Part shown: positions 1 through 7,214 of the stretch, piece by piece
Numbering within the stretch: the first letter of the stretch is position 1
Layout: every line of letters starts with the position of its first letter
Assembly (NCBI GenBank): GCA_043814765.1
Contig: JBDRJQ010000018.1
Coordinates: 1 to 13,284 of the forward strand
From: Nanobdellota archaeon
GTDB taxonomy: Archaea; Aenigmatarchaeota; Aenigmatarchaeia; QMZP01
Length of the DNA stretch: 13,284 nucleotides
Reading direction: 5' to 3'
Translations under genes and position numbers: made by a program
Notes under the pieces: model-generated
The model's database searches: none
Seen by the model: only the letters and a program-made list of their open reading frames with translations
What the model was told of the DNA's origin: nothing

Positions 1-2
1 TC

Positions 3-485
3 CTTTGCGTATTTGTGACCTGCTGGGTTTTTTTCAATCGCATAAATATTTGCATCAGGATGATTTTTAGCAATAGCTATTGCATACGGGCCTACACCAG
101 AAAACATAACAAGTATCTTCTCACCACTGTCAACTTGCGAAGAGATGCGTTGCCGTTCAGTAGCTTCGCGAGGCGAAAAGTAAACCTTTGTAACGTCCAT
201 TTTGTATTTGCATCCGTGCTCTTTGTGAATTGTTTCAGTTGACTTGCCAAGAATTTTTTTCATGCTTCTTGTTCTAAATTCTCCTTCACGTCCGCTGGTT
301 TTCTTGCACACTGTTTTTATATGAGGATGCAGTGAAACAATACTATTTGCTATGTATTTTTCTTTCTTTTTCAATTCGTCTGGTATTTCTATTATAGCTA
401 TGTCGCCTACTGTATCAAAACTAATTTTTAGAATTTCTAATTCCTTCTTTGTTAACTTGTCTTTTAACAGCTCTTTTAGCTTCAT
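3..485 (-). CDS. trm5: Trm5/Met-10-family class I SAM-dependent tRNA methyltransferase (m1G37-type); N-terminal part only, runs off the left edge of the window
   Basis: Not in the ORF track; translated by hand from the ATG at 485: MKLKELLKDKLTKKELEILKISFDTVGDIAIIEIP...GEFRTR...TIHKEHGCKYKMDVTKVYFSPREATERQRI...ILVMFSGVGPYAIAIA...IYAIEKNP. The GDIAII, VYFSPR..ER, MFxGVGP (SAM motif I) and E-x-NP motifs are typical of Trm5. Confidence 0.85.
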   Translation of the reverse strand, partial: MKLKELLKDKLTKKELEILKISFDTVGDIAIIEIPDELKKKEKYIANSIVSLHPHIKTVCKKTSGREGEFRTRSMKKILGKSTETIHKEHGCKYKMDVTKVYFSPREATERQRISSQVDSGEKILVMFSGVGPYAIAIAKNHPDANIYAIEKNPAGHKYAK

Positions 486-494
486 AAGATTTAT

Positions 495-532
495 TAGGAA
501 CCGATATAATATATTAAAAACGCTTTGGTGGT
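495..532. promoter_or_regulatory. Divergent promoter region (AT-rich TATA-like core) with a GGTGG ribosome-binding site for the M42 peptidase gene
   Basis: 50-bp gap between divergent starts at 485 and 536. It contains ATATAATATATTAAAA, and GGTGG lies just before the ATG at 536. Confidence 0.45.
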
Positions 533-535
533 TTT

Positions 536-1567
536 ATGAAAGACTTATTAAAAGAACTTGTTAACATACCTTCTGTTTCTGGATATGAAAAGGATATAGG
601 AGAGTTCATGAAGAAAAAACTCAAGCCTTATGTGAACAGCATCAGAACAGACAAGATATGCAATGTTATAGCAAAGAAAGGCTCAGGTTCGCCTAAAATT
701 ATGATTACAGCGCACATGGACAAGATTGGCTTGATTGTGAAGTATATTGATGAAAGAGGATTCATCCGTTTTGAAGGCCTTGGCGGATTTGATGACAGGA
801 CGCTTTTAACAAATAAAGTAAAGATTCACGGTTCTAAGGGACCTGTTATTGGAGTTATAGGAGCAAAACCTCCGCACATACAGGAAAAAGAAGAGATGAA
901 AGAAGTAATTAAAATGAAAAACATGTTCATAGACATTGGCGCAAAAAGCGATAAGGATGTAGCAGATGCCGGAATTGAGGTGGGAAGCCACATAACAATC
1001 CATAGCGAATTCAACAGCCTTATTGGATCTCGTGTTACCGGTCCTGCTTTTGATAACAGGGTAGGATGCCTGATGCTTTTGGAAGTTGCAAAACACGCCA
1101 AAAACTTCAAGGGATCGCTTTATATTGTCGGCACAATACAGGAAGAGACAGGACTAACTGGCATAAGAGGCTCGACATTTGCTGTGAATCCTGATGTTGT
1201 TATAGGCATCGACACGACAATACCAGGAGACATGCCTGAAGTAAAGCCTGGTGAAGCACCTATATCTTTGAGCAAGGGACCCAGTCTGGAAATAAGGGAT
1301 TCCATAAACATAATACATCCACAAGTGAAGAAAATGATATGCGAGGTTGCTAAGAAGAAGAAGATGCCGCTTCAGCTCAATGTACTTTCAGGCGGCGCAA
1401 CAGATGCCTCTGTTGTTAATCTGGTAAGGGAAGGCATACCAGGAGGATCGGTTTCAGTGCCTACACGCTATCTTCACACAGGCATTGAAGTGCTTGACAT
1501 GAAGGATGTAGAAGCTGAAATAAAACTTTTGCTAGAGGTTATCAAAGAGGCGCATAAGTATTTTTAA
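536..1567 (+). CDS. M42-family (TET/FrvX-like) dinuclear metallo-aminopeptidase
   Basis: Motifs PSVSGYE, TAHMD, AFDNRVG, QEETG, GIDTT, GATDA and RYLHT cover the M42 metal ligands (H, D, E, D, H) and the catalytic D/E; 343 aa. Confidence 0.95.
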   Translation: MKDLLKELVNIPSVSGYEKDIGEFMKKKLKPYVNSIRTDKICNVIAKKGSGSPKIMITAHMDKIGLIVKYIDERGFIRFEGLGGFDDRTLLTNKVKIHGSKGPVIGVIGAKPPHIQEKEEMKEVIKMKNMFIDIGAKSDKDVADAGIEVGSHITIHSEFNSLIGSRVTGPAFDNRVGCLMLLEVAKHAKNFKGSLYIVGTIQEETGLTGIRGSTFAVNPDVVIGIDTTIPGDMPEVKPGEAPISLSKGPSLEIRDSINIIHPQVKKMICEVAKKKKMPLQLNVLSGGATDASVVNLVREGIPGGSVSVPTRYLHTGIEVLDMKDVEAEIKLLLEVIKEAHKYF

Positions 1568-1953
1568 TTTAGTATCTTAATTCTAGACCCAAGCGGAATT
1601 ATCTCTAGCTCGCCTTTGTAAGTTGTTATTTCACCAGTAATCTGAATGTTATCACCATTCTCTAGCTTTGAAACAATCACGCCATTTAATTCCAATTGTT
1701 TCACTGTCTCATCCCAGAGTATGGTTTTAATTTCTCCTGTATTGTCTTTGAGCGTGAAGAAAACATGACCATCTTCATGCTCGTATAAATCCTTAATCTC
1801 GCCTGAAACAGTCACAGCTCCGCCTATCATATTGCCTGTTACTTCGCCAATGTTTATTGCAGCTGAAACTGTGAATGTTGATACGAAATATAGCGCTATT
1901 ATTCCAACAACAGCGCCTATTAAAGACATTCTTATGAGTTGTTGTTCATTCAT
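1564..1953 (-). CDS. Membrane-anchored OB-fold (nucleic-acid-binding type) protein
   Basis: N-terminal hydrophobic helix (SLIGAVVGIIALYFV) followed by the OB pattern VTVSGEI...GHVFFTLKDNTGEIKTILW...GDNIQITGEITTYKGELEII. Its stop codon overlaps that of the convergent M42 gene. Confidence 0.85.
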   Translation of the reverse strand: MNEQQLIRMSLIGAVVGIIALYFVSTFTVSAAINIGEVTGNMIGGAVTVSGEIKDLYEHEDGHVFFTLKDNTGEIKTILWDETVKQLELNGVIVSKLENGDNIQITGEITTYKGELEIIPLGSRIKILN

Positions 1954-1992
1954 AACGATTAGTTAGAAGTTAAAGTTTTATGACTCTGTGTT

Positions 1993-3285
1993 TTAGAACT
2001 CCCTTAAATATCCCCAGTTATGCAGTCTGTCGCTGTCTTCAAACCATCTGTTTCCTATATCCTTTCTGTAGTACATGTGCGGTATAATAATGTTGTTTAT
2101 CCTGCTGTAAGCCTGATTCTGCGCCTGCTTCATTGTTTGGCCAGTACCGCAGACAATGAGTGCAACACCAGAAGTTCCTGTAATGACCCACTGCTCGTTG
2201 AGAAGCTTAACATCTTCTATATGTATTCCTTCCAGGCTCGGCTTCTTGAAAATTATCACAGAATCTTTTGACTGAACTTTAAAAGTCTTATTATCATTGA
2301 ACGGGAAGGGTGGAACAACAATCCTGACTCCTATCTGGAAGCCGCTTCTGACTTTAAGCTTGACATCGCGTTTGTGAGCTAATCCATAGAAAAACTCGCT
2401 TATAGGAGTTATCATCCCTTCCTGCTGGATGCTTATTGTCGGGTAGCCGAACCGCGACGTGAACTCTAAAGGATATATTCCGTTGTTGTTTACAATACAG
2501 TTCAGATCTATGTAGCCGATATACTCCTCTTCTCTGAGGGTCTTTTCCAGTTTTTTCAACGTCAGGTTAAAAATTTTGTTCGGTCCTGACCAGAACATCA
2601 TCGTGCCCATTTCTCCTGTAGATGGACCGATATTTCCTGGGAAAAGTTTCTTGTGCTCAAAATTTATGTTTATTGGCTCAATAAACTCATGCCCATTGAA
2701 AAAAGCACCTACAGCCACCTCAACGCCTGTGACTCTTTTTTGCAACTGAAACACTTTTATCTTCTTTGCCCACGCATCCCTGTAAGCCTCTAAAACTTGA
2801 ATGACATCTTTTCCGTCATCTTCTTCACCAACAAAAAGAAATCTCTTAACATTCTGCGCTTCTCCGCTTGGCTTTAGCACATATTTCCCAGGATTTTTTT
2901 GGACAAAGTCTATAGCGTCATCAAAGGAAGTAAATTCCTGGTATGGTATTATATTTATTCCATGCTTCTTGAGCTCTTCCTGGCCGAATGCTCGGCTGTC
3001 TTCCAACTCATCACTGTATCTTGTTCCGCCGATGACATTATGGCCCTTTTCTCTCAGTGCTTGCGCTTTTTTGCCATGACCTAAAACATCATCAAAAACT
3101 ATAACATCCGCCCAGTCTACTTCCCTTCTCCAGCTTCTGGTTTTCGGGACAAAACCGTCTGCTATGTCCCTGTCTGTTTTATTTTCAATAAAATATTTTA
3201 CATTATGCCCTTCTTTAGCAACCTGCCAAGCAATATCACTGATTAAGGCGTCTATAGAAACAAATAGAAAGTTTTTTTGTTCCAT
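1993..3285 (-). CDS. ATP-grasp ligase related to phosphoribosylamine-glycine ligase (PurD-like, divergent)
   Basis: PurD-like length (430 aa) and motifs ELEDSRAFG, YVLKPSG, EHKKLFPGNIGPSTGEMG, LEFTSRFGYP and YYRKDIG. It lacks the canonical N-terminal GGREHA motif. Confidence 0.8.
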   Translation of the reverse strand: MEQKNFLFVSIDALISDIAWQVAKEGHNVKYFIENKTDRDIADGFVPKTRSWRREVDWADVIVFDDVLGHGKKAQALREKGHNVIGGTRYSDELEDSRAFGQEELKKHGINIIPYQEFTSFDDAIDFVQKNPGKYVLKPSGEAQNVKRFLFVGEEDDGKDVIQVLEAYRDAWAKKIKVFQLQKRVTGVEVAVGAFFNGHEFIEPININFEHKKLFPGNIGPSTGEMGTMMFWSGPNKIFNLTLKKLEKTLREEEYIGYIDLNCIVNNNGIYPLEFTSRFGYPTISIQQEGMITPISEFFYGLAHKRDVKLKVRSGFQIGVRIVVPPFPFNDNKTFKVQSKDSVIIFKKPSLEGIHIEDVKLLNEQWVITGTSGVALIVCGTGQTMKQAQNQAYSRINNIIIPHMYYRKDIGNRWFEDSDRLHNWGYLREF

Positions 3286-3326
3286 ATCTGATATTTAATA
3301 GTTTCAATGTTTATCAACCTTTCGTT

Positions 3327-3881
3327 TTATTTTCTCAACTTAATTGTCATCAAATCGCTGTATACAGGACCTTTATCTGTTAATTCACTCTGCTTCAGTT
3401 TTATTTGCTTCACGAGCATTTTACCTATTTCTAGATTTCTTTTGCTTTCAACCTCATGAAGGAGAACATCCTTGTTCTTACCAGTCTTCACGCGCCCTAT
3501 TGTTATGTGAGGATGAGGTTCATAATCTTCACTTCTTAAATAATCAAGTGATGTGTTTAATGCTCTTATCATGTTCACAAGTTCACTTCTGCCTTCACTT
3601 ATACCCAACCAAACTATTTTCATAAAATCTGGTCTACCGAAATAGCCCATACCTTTGATATCAACTTTGAATTGCTTCACTCCAGATAATGTACTGGATA
3701 CATCCTCTTTTAGCTTTTCTATCTGTTGTTCTGCTACTTCACCTAGAAACTTCATTGTTATGTGAAGATTCTCAGGCAATGTGAAAGCAACATCAACACC
3801 CTTCTTTCTTATAGGATTTATCTCATTTTCTATCTTTTCTGTAATCTCAGCATCAAGGTCGACTGCGATAAAAAGTCTCAT
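3327..3881 (-). CDS. thpR: RNA 2',3'-cyclic phosphodiesterase / 2'-5' RNA ligase (2H phosphoesterase, ThpR/LigT family)
   Basis: MRLFIAVD N-terminus, two HxT motifs (LHITMKFLG and PHITIGR), C-terminal SELTDKGPVY; 184 aa. Confidence 0.95.
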   Translation of the reverse strand: MRLFIAVDLDAEITEKIENEINPIRKKGVDVAFTLPENLHITMKFLGEVAEQQIEKLKEDVSSTLSGVKQFKVDIKGMGYFGRPDFMKIVWLGISEGRSELVNMIRALNTSLDYLRSEDYEPHPHITIGRVKTGKNKDVLLHEVESKRNLEIGKMLVKQIKLKQSELTDKGPVYSDLMTIKLRK

Positions 3882-3927
3882 AAAAGGTTATTGGTTCTTA
3901 TATTTTTAAAACAATTTCCGAAACTGT

Positions 3928-4070
3928 TTCACATTTTATAAAACAGCATAAAGCAAGACTTTCACACGAACCTTCACATAAACAAGAAAATAAAAACGTG
4001 AACTTCACAACTATTGGTTTTATAAATTATATGTTTAATATGAATCTATGAAGTTTTTGTGAACTTCACA
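3928..4070. repeat. Cluster of TTCAC(A)/GTGAA motifs including two GTGAACTTCAC palindromes
   Basis: TTCACA at 3928, 3961, 3973, 4004 and 4065. GTGAACTTCAC at 3998-4008 and TGTGAACTTCACA at 4058-4070. All lie in the thpR/ATPase intergenic region. Confidence 0.8.
4018..4025 (+). promoter_or_regulatory. Putative TATA box of the AAA+-wHTH gene, lying between the two palindromes
   Basis: TTTATAAA about 75 nt upstream of the ATG at 4098; GGTGAT RBS at 4089-4094. Confidence 0.5.
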
Positions 4071-4097
4071 TTAAATAATATTTTGATTGGTGATTTA

Positions 4098-5159
4098 ATG
4101 GAATACGGTAACTTTAAAACATTTAATTGGGTTTCTAACCCATTTACATTTAAGATTATGCCTGATCTGTTTGTCGGTTATTCAAAGGAATTTAGTAAAA
4201 TATCATCAAACATAGAGGGCGGAAACAAATTCTCTTTATTAATAGGGCCAACAGGTTCTGGCAAGACAACGTTTCTAAAACATATAGTTGATCAATATTC
4301 TTCACACAACAGTCACATAATGTACGTATCCAAGCCACCAAAGGACCCAATGGACTGGTTAACGGTTTTCAACAAGTTCACGCGAAAAGGAATACTAGGT
4401 TCATTACTTTCACGCAAAGAAGATGTGAACTTGTACACGTTAAGTACGCATGTGAATAAAAAATTAGGAGATAGAAAATGCATCCTTCTTATTGATGAGT
4501 GCCATGAAGCATCCTTAGACAGTCTTGAATGGCTTAGAACACTCGCAGATCACGTAGATAATCTTTCTATTATTTTAGCTGGTTTACCTATATTCGAAAC
4601 AATATTGAAGAACAATCTCGAGACTTTTAGAAGAAGAATAAATTCTGTTGTAGAGCTAACAAATCTAACAAAATCAGAAACAAGAGAACTGATTAAGAGG
4701 AGAATAGAGAAAAGCGGGGGAGAAGACATCAAACCCTTTACTCATGAAGCAATAGAATTAATATATGAAAGAACTGCTGGGTTCCCACGTGAAGTTATCC
4801 GTGCGTGCTATGAATTTGTAGAAAAAGCAGCTGAAAAGAACACAACAACCATAGACATAGATTTTTTAGGAGAAATGGAAGAACCGATTAAGAGAGTCTC
4901 TATTGAAACAATAAGCACTCTCCCAGAAAGGCAGAGGAGTATACTAGAAATACTTTCACAGAATGGTGAAATGACACCGTCTGAGATAATACCAAAAATG
5001 AATGTAAAGGACTACAAAAACAGAGAAAACGCTGTAAGATCTGTTAACAATTTACTGAAAAGGCTGATGCGAGACAAGTTCGCTGAGCGTGTACGTGTAG
5101 GAAAAACCTACAAGTATAAAGTATCAAAAAAGTTTCAGACTTTGATGGTTGAGGCCTAA
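4098..5159 (+). CDS. ExeA/AAA_22-like AAA+ ATPase with C-terminal winged helix-turn-helix domain
   Basis: FNWVSNPF N-terminal motif, Walker A GPTGSGKT, Walker B LLIDECH, IILAG, arginine-finger segment FRRRI, TAGFPRE. C-terminal LPERQRSILEIL...TPSEI...VNNLLKRL...ERVRVGKTYKY is a wHTH with a BlaI/CopY-like pattern. Start moved from GTG 4059 to ATG 4098 because a GGTGAT RBS precedes it. Confidence 0.85.
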   Translation: MEYGNFKTFNWVSNPFTFKIMPDLFVGYSKEFSKISSNIEGGNKFSLLIGPTGSGKTTFLKHIVDQYSSHNSHIMYVSKPPKDPMDWLTVFNKFTRKGILGSLLSRKEDVNLYTLSTHVNKKLGDRKCILLIDECHEASLDSLEWLRTLADHVDNLSIILAGLPIFETILKNNLETFRRRINSVVELTNLTKSETRELIKRRIEKSGGEDIKPFTHEAIELIYERTAGFPREVIRACYEFVEKAAEKNTTTIDIDFLGEMEEPIKRVSIETISTLPERQRSILEILSQNGEMTPSEIIPKMNVKDYKNRENAVRSVNNLLKRLMRDKFAERVRVGKTYKYKVSKKFQTLMVEA

Positions 5160-5237
5160 AAGGAAACAGGAAACTTTAAAAAACTTATCATTAATAAAGA
5201 AATACAACTCAGATTTGTAATATATTGGAGGTCGTTT

Positions 5238-5498
5238 ATGGACGAAAGAATAAGAAGCAGGCAACTCATTGGCAAGATATTGATTTCTGAAGAAACAGGA
5301 AAGAAATTCGGTGTAGTAGGTGACATTGATTACATAATCGATTCTGGAGAAATCATACATTTAGTGCTGAATGAACCAACAGCGCACACAGCAACATTGA
5401 ATCTTAAAGAAGATGAAAAAAGAAGGCTAATGGTGCCATTCTCTGCTGTAAAATCAGTAGGAGACTTTGTCATAGTTGCGGAGAAAGATATTGCTTAA
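5238..5498 (+). CDS. Stand-alone PRC-barrel protein, similar to archaeal cell-division CdpB-type proteins
   Basis: LIGKILISEETGKKFGVVGDI...SGEIIHLV...VPFSAVKSVGDFVIV is the PRC-barrel pattern; GGAGGT RBS upstream; 86 aa. Confidence 0.88.
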   Translation: MDERIRSRQLIGKILISEETGKKFGVVGDIDYIIDSGEIIHLVLNEPTAHTATLNLKEDEKRRLMVPFSAVKSVGDFVIVAEKDIA

Positions 5499-5501
5499 TT
5501 T

Positions 5502-7136
5502 TTATTTTAAGAATTTTCCAAGCAGGTTGATTATCTTTTCTCCGCTGACAAGGTCAGGCATTACAACATAGTCTGCTCCTGCCTTGTATAGCTTTTCTGA
5601 ATCTTCTGTTGTATGAGCTCGAGCCAGTATGTTTATTTTTGGATTAAATCTTCTAGCTTTTCTTATAACAAAGGAAGCTAGATTACTATCAGGTATTGTG
5701 GATATCAAGAGTTTTGCATCAAAAAGCCCTATAACTTTCAGTAGTTCTTCACTATCAGCATCACCGTACAGGCAGTTTATTTTGCTCTCTCTTAGTTTTT
5801 TGACTGTTTCAGGATTATGATCAGCCACAGTGAATTTATATTTCTTTTTTATCAAGAATTCCACTATCTTTCCACCCATGATGTCACAGCCAAAAACAAC
5901 TACATGATTTTTCATCTTCCGGGTGGGTTTGCTCTCAATTTTATGAATCATTTTTGGCATGGTGTATTTTTCAAGCGAAGGCATCTTTATAAATGAAAGA
6001 GAATGATAAATTCTGTTACGGAATTTCATAGTGTAAGGTGTTAATAGCATTGAAACCACTACAATGCTAACTATGAGAGAGTAGATATCTGCCCCAAGGT
6101 GACCTAAAACAAGTCCTTGTGCAGCTATTATAAATGAAAATTCGCTTGCCTGGCCCAGACCAGATCCTATCATCGAAGATATTCTTCCTCCGTATCCAAT
6201 TAAAAGATATGTTAGGCTGAGTATTGCCGGTTTCAGTACTACAACACAAAAAAGTATAAGTATGAAAGGAACAAACATCGTACTTATTATAGACAGATTC
6301 AGCTGCATTCCTAGGCTAGTGAAAAATATAACAGAAAAGAAATCCCTTAGAGAATGAGTTTCGCCAACAATCTCGACATTATATGGAAATTTAGCTAAGG
6401 CTAGTCCTCCTATGAAGGCGCCTATAACTATTGAAAAACCAAGAAGACTGGATAAACCAATGAAAACAAAACAAACAGCAATTGCTGTAAGAAACAATAC
6501 TTCATGAGTCTTTGCAGCAGTATCCAAAACCCTCATGAAAACAAAATGGTTTAACAACAACGCCAGTGCAAATAGTCCTACTCCTTTAAGCGCTGTAATA
6601 ATCATTAATTCAGGCGAGAGTGCCACTGCAAAACTTCCAAGCAAAGGAAGCACCATTATAACTATTACATCCTGTATTATGAGGATACCTATCATTATTC
6701 TGCCATGAAGAGTCTTTATTTCGTTCTTATCAGAAAGTAATTTAGCTACGATCATTGTACTGCTGAATGCTAACAGCAAACCGATATATGTACTTATCAA
6801 ACTGTTCATGCCCAAGAACATGGAAGCCAATAAGTATCCTATGAAGAAGGTGGATGCAACTTGTATTGATGTTCCAATTAATACAGAAATACCCACACCC
6901 TTTAGCTTCTTGAAATCTATTTCCAGTCCAATTGCAAACAAAAGGAAAGCAATACCGAGCTCTGCTAATATAGTTATATTTTCTGCATCTGTTATCAGAC
7001 CAAGCCCTATCGGACCTATTAGCACGCCTGCAAGAACGTATGCAACAATAACTGGCTGCTTCAATCCTCGGGCAAGATAAGCAAAAATAGTTGCTATTAC
7101 AATAATCACGCCTATGTCAAACAACAAAAGAGCCAT
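5502..7136 (-). CDS. CPA2/KefB-type monovalent cation:proton antiporter with C-terminal RCK (TrkA-N) domain
   Basis: Many transmembrane helices, LAELGIAFLLFAIGLE, FSSTMIV, ILIIQD, GQASEFSF, then HVVVFGCDIMG...YGDA...AGADYVV. Start set at ATG 7136 (MALLLFDIG); the 20-residue extension in the track overlaps the divergent promoter. Confidence 0.93.
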   Translation of the reverse strand: MALLLFDIGVIIVIATIFAYLARGLKQPVIVAYVLAGVLIGPIGLGLITDAENITILAELGIAFLLFAIGLEIDFKKLKGVGISVLIGTSIQVASTFFIGYLLASMFLGMNSLISTYIGLLLAFSSTMIVAKLLSDKNEIKTLHGRIMIGILIIQDVIVIMVLPLLGSFAVALSPELMIITALKGVGLFALALLLNHFVFMRVLDTAAKTHEVLFLTAIAVCFVFIGLSSLLGFSIVIGAFIGGLALAKFPYNVEIVGETHSLRDFFSVIFFTSLGMQLNLSIISTMFVPFILILFCVVVLKPAILSLTYLLIGYGGRISSMIGSGLGQASEFSFIIAAQGLVLGHLGADIYSLIVSIVVVSMLLTPYTMKFRNRIYHSLSFIKMPSLEKYTMPKMIHKIESKPTRKMKNHVVVFGCDIMGGKIVEFLIKKKYKFTVADHNPETVKKLRESKINCLYGDADSEELLKVIGLFDAKLLISTIPDSNLASFVIRKARRFNPKINILARAHTTEDSEKLYKAGADYVVMPDLVSGEKIINLLGKFLK

Positions 7137-7214
7137 ATTATATAATTCATTAGATAAAATAAAAGGTTGCTTCCTCTTTAAATTGTTTTTTATCAACTGT
7201 TAATTGGTGATTTT

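Noticed and set aside
15..564. Plus-strand ORFs 15-242 and 352-564
   Set aside because: Antisense shadows of the minus-strand Trm5-family gene; no recognisable motifs.
806..1311. Minus-strand ORFs inside the M42 peptidase gene
   Set aside because: Shadow frames of a well-supported gene.
2020..3625. Plus-strand ORFs 2020-2271, 2801-3079, 2899-3084 and 3344-3625
   Set aside because: Antisense to the PurD-like and thpR genes; no motifs or RBS.
3928..4070. CRISPR array interpretation of the TTCAC repeats
   Set aside because: The units are only 5-13 bp with irregular spacing and no spacer structure.
4059..4097. GTG start and N-terminal extension of the ATPase given in the ORF track
   Set aside because: The GTG is part of the palindrome; the GGTGAT RBS supports ATG 4098.
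4098..5159. Calling the ATPase Orc1/Cdc6 or a Tn7 TnsC/IstB transposon helper
   Set aside because: Motifs are ExeA-like, no ORB box with G-string is visible, and there is no transposase or terminal inverted repeat in the window.
4550..7080. Short ORFs 4550-4732, 5124-5360, 5629-5820, 6067-6249 and 6808-7080
   Set aside because: They overlap stronger genes in antisense or alternate frames.
7137..7196. N-terminal extension of the antiporter
   Set aside because: It would occupy the divergent promoter region; family similarity begins at MALLLFDIG.
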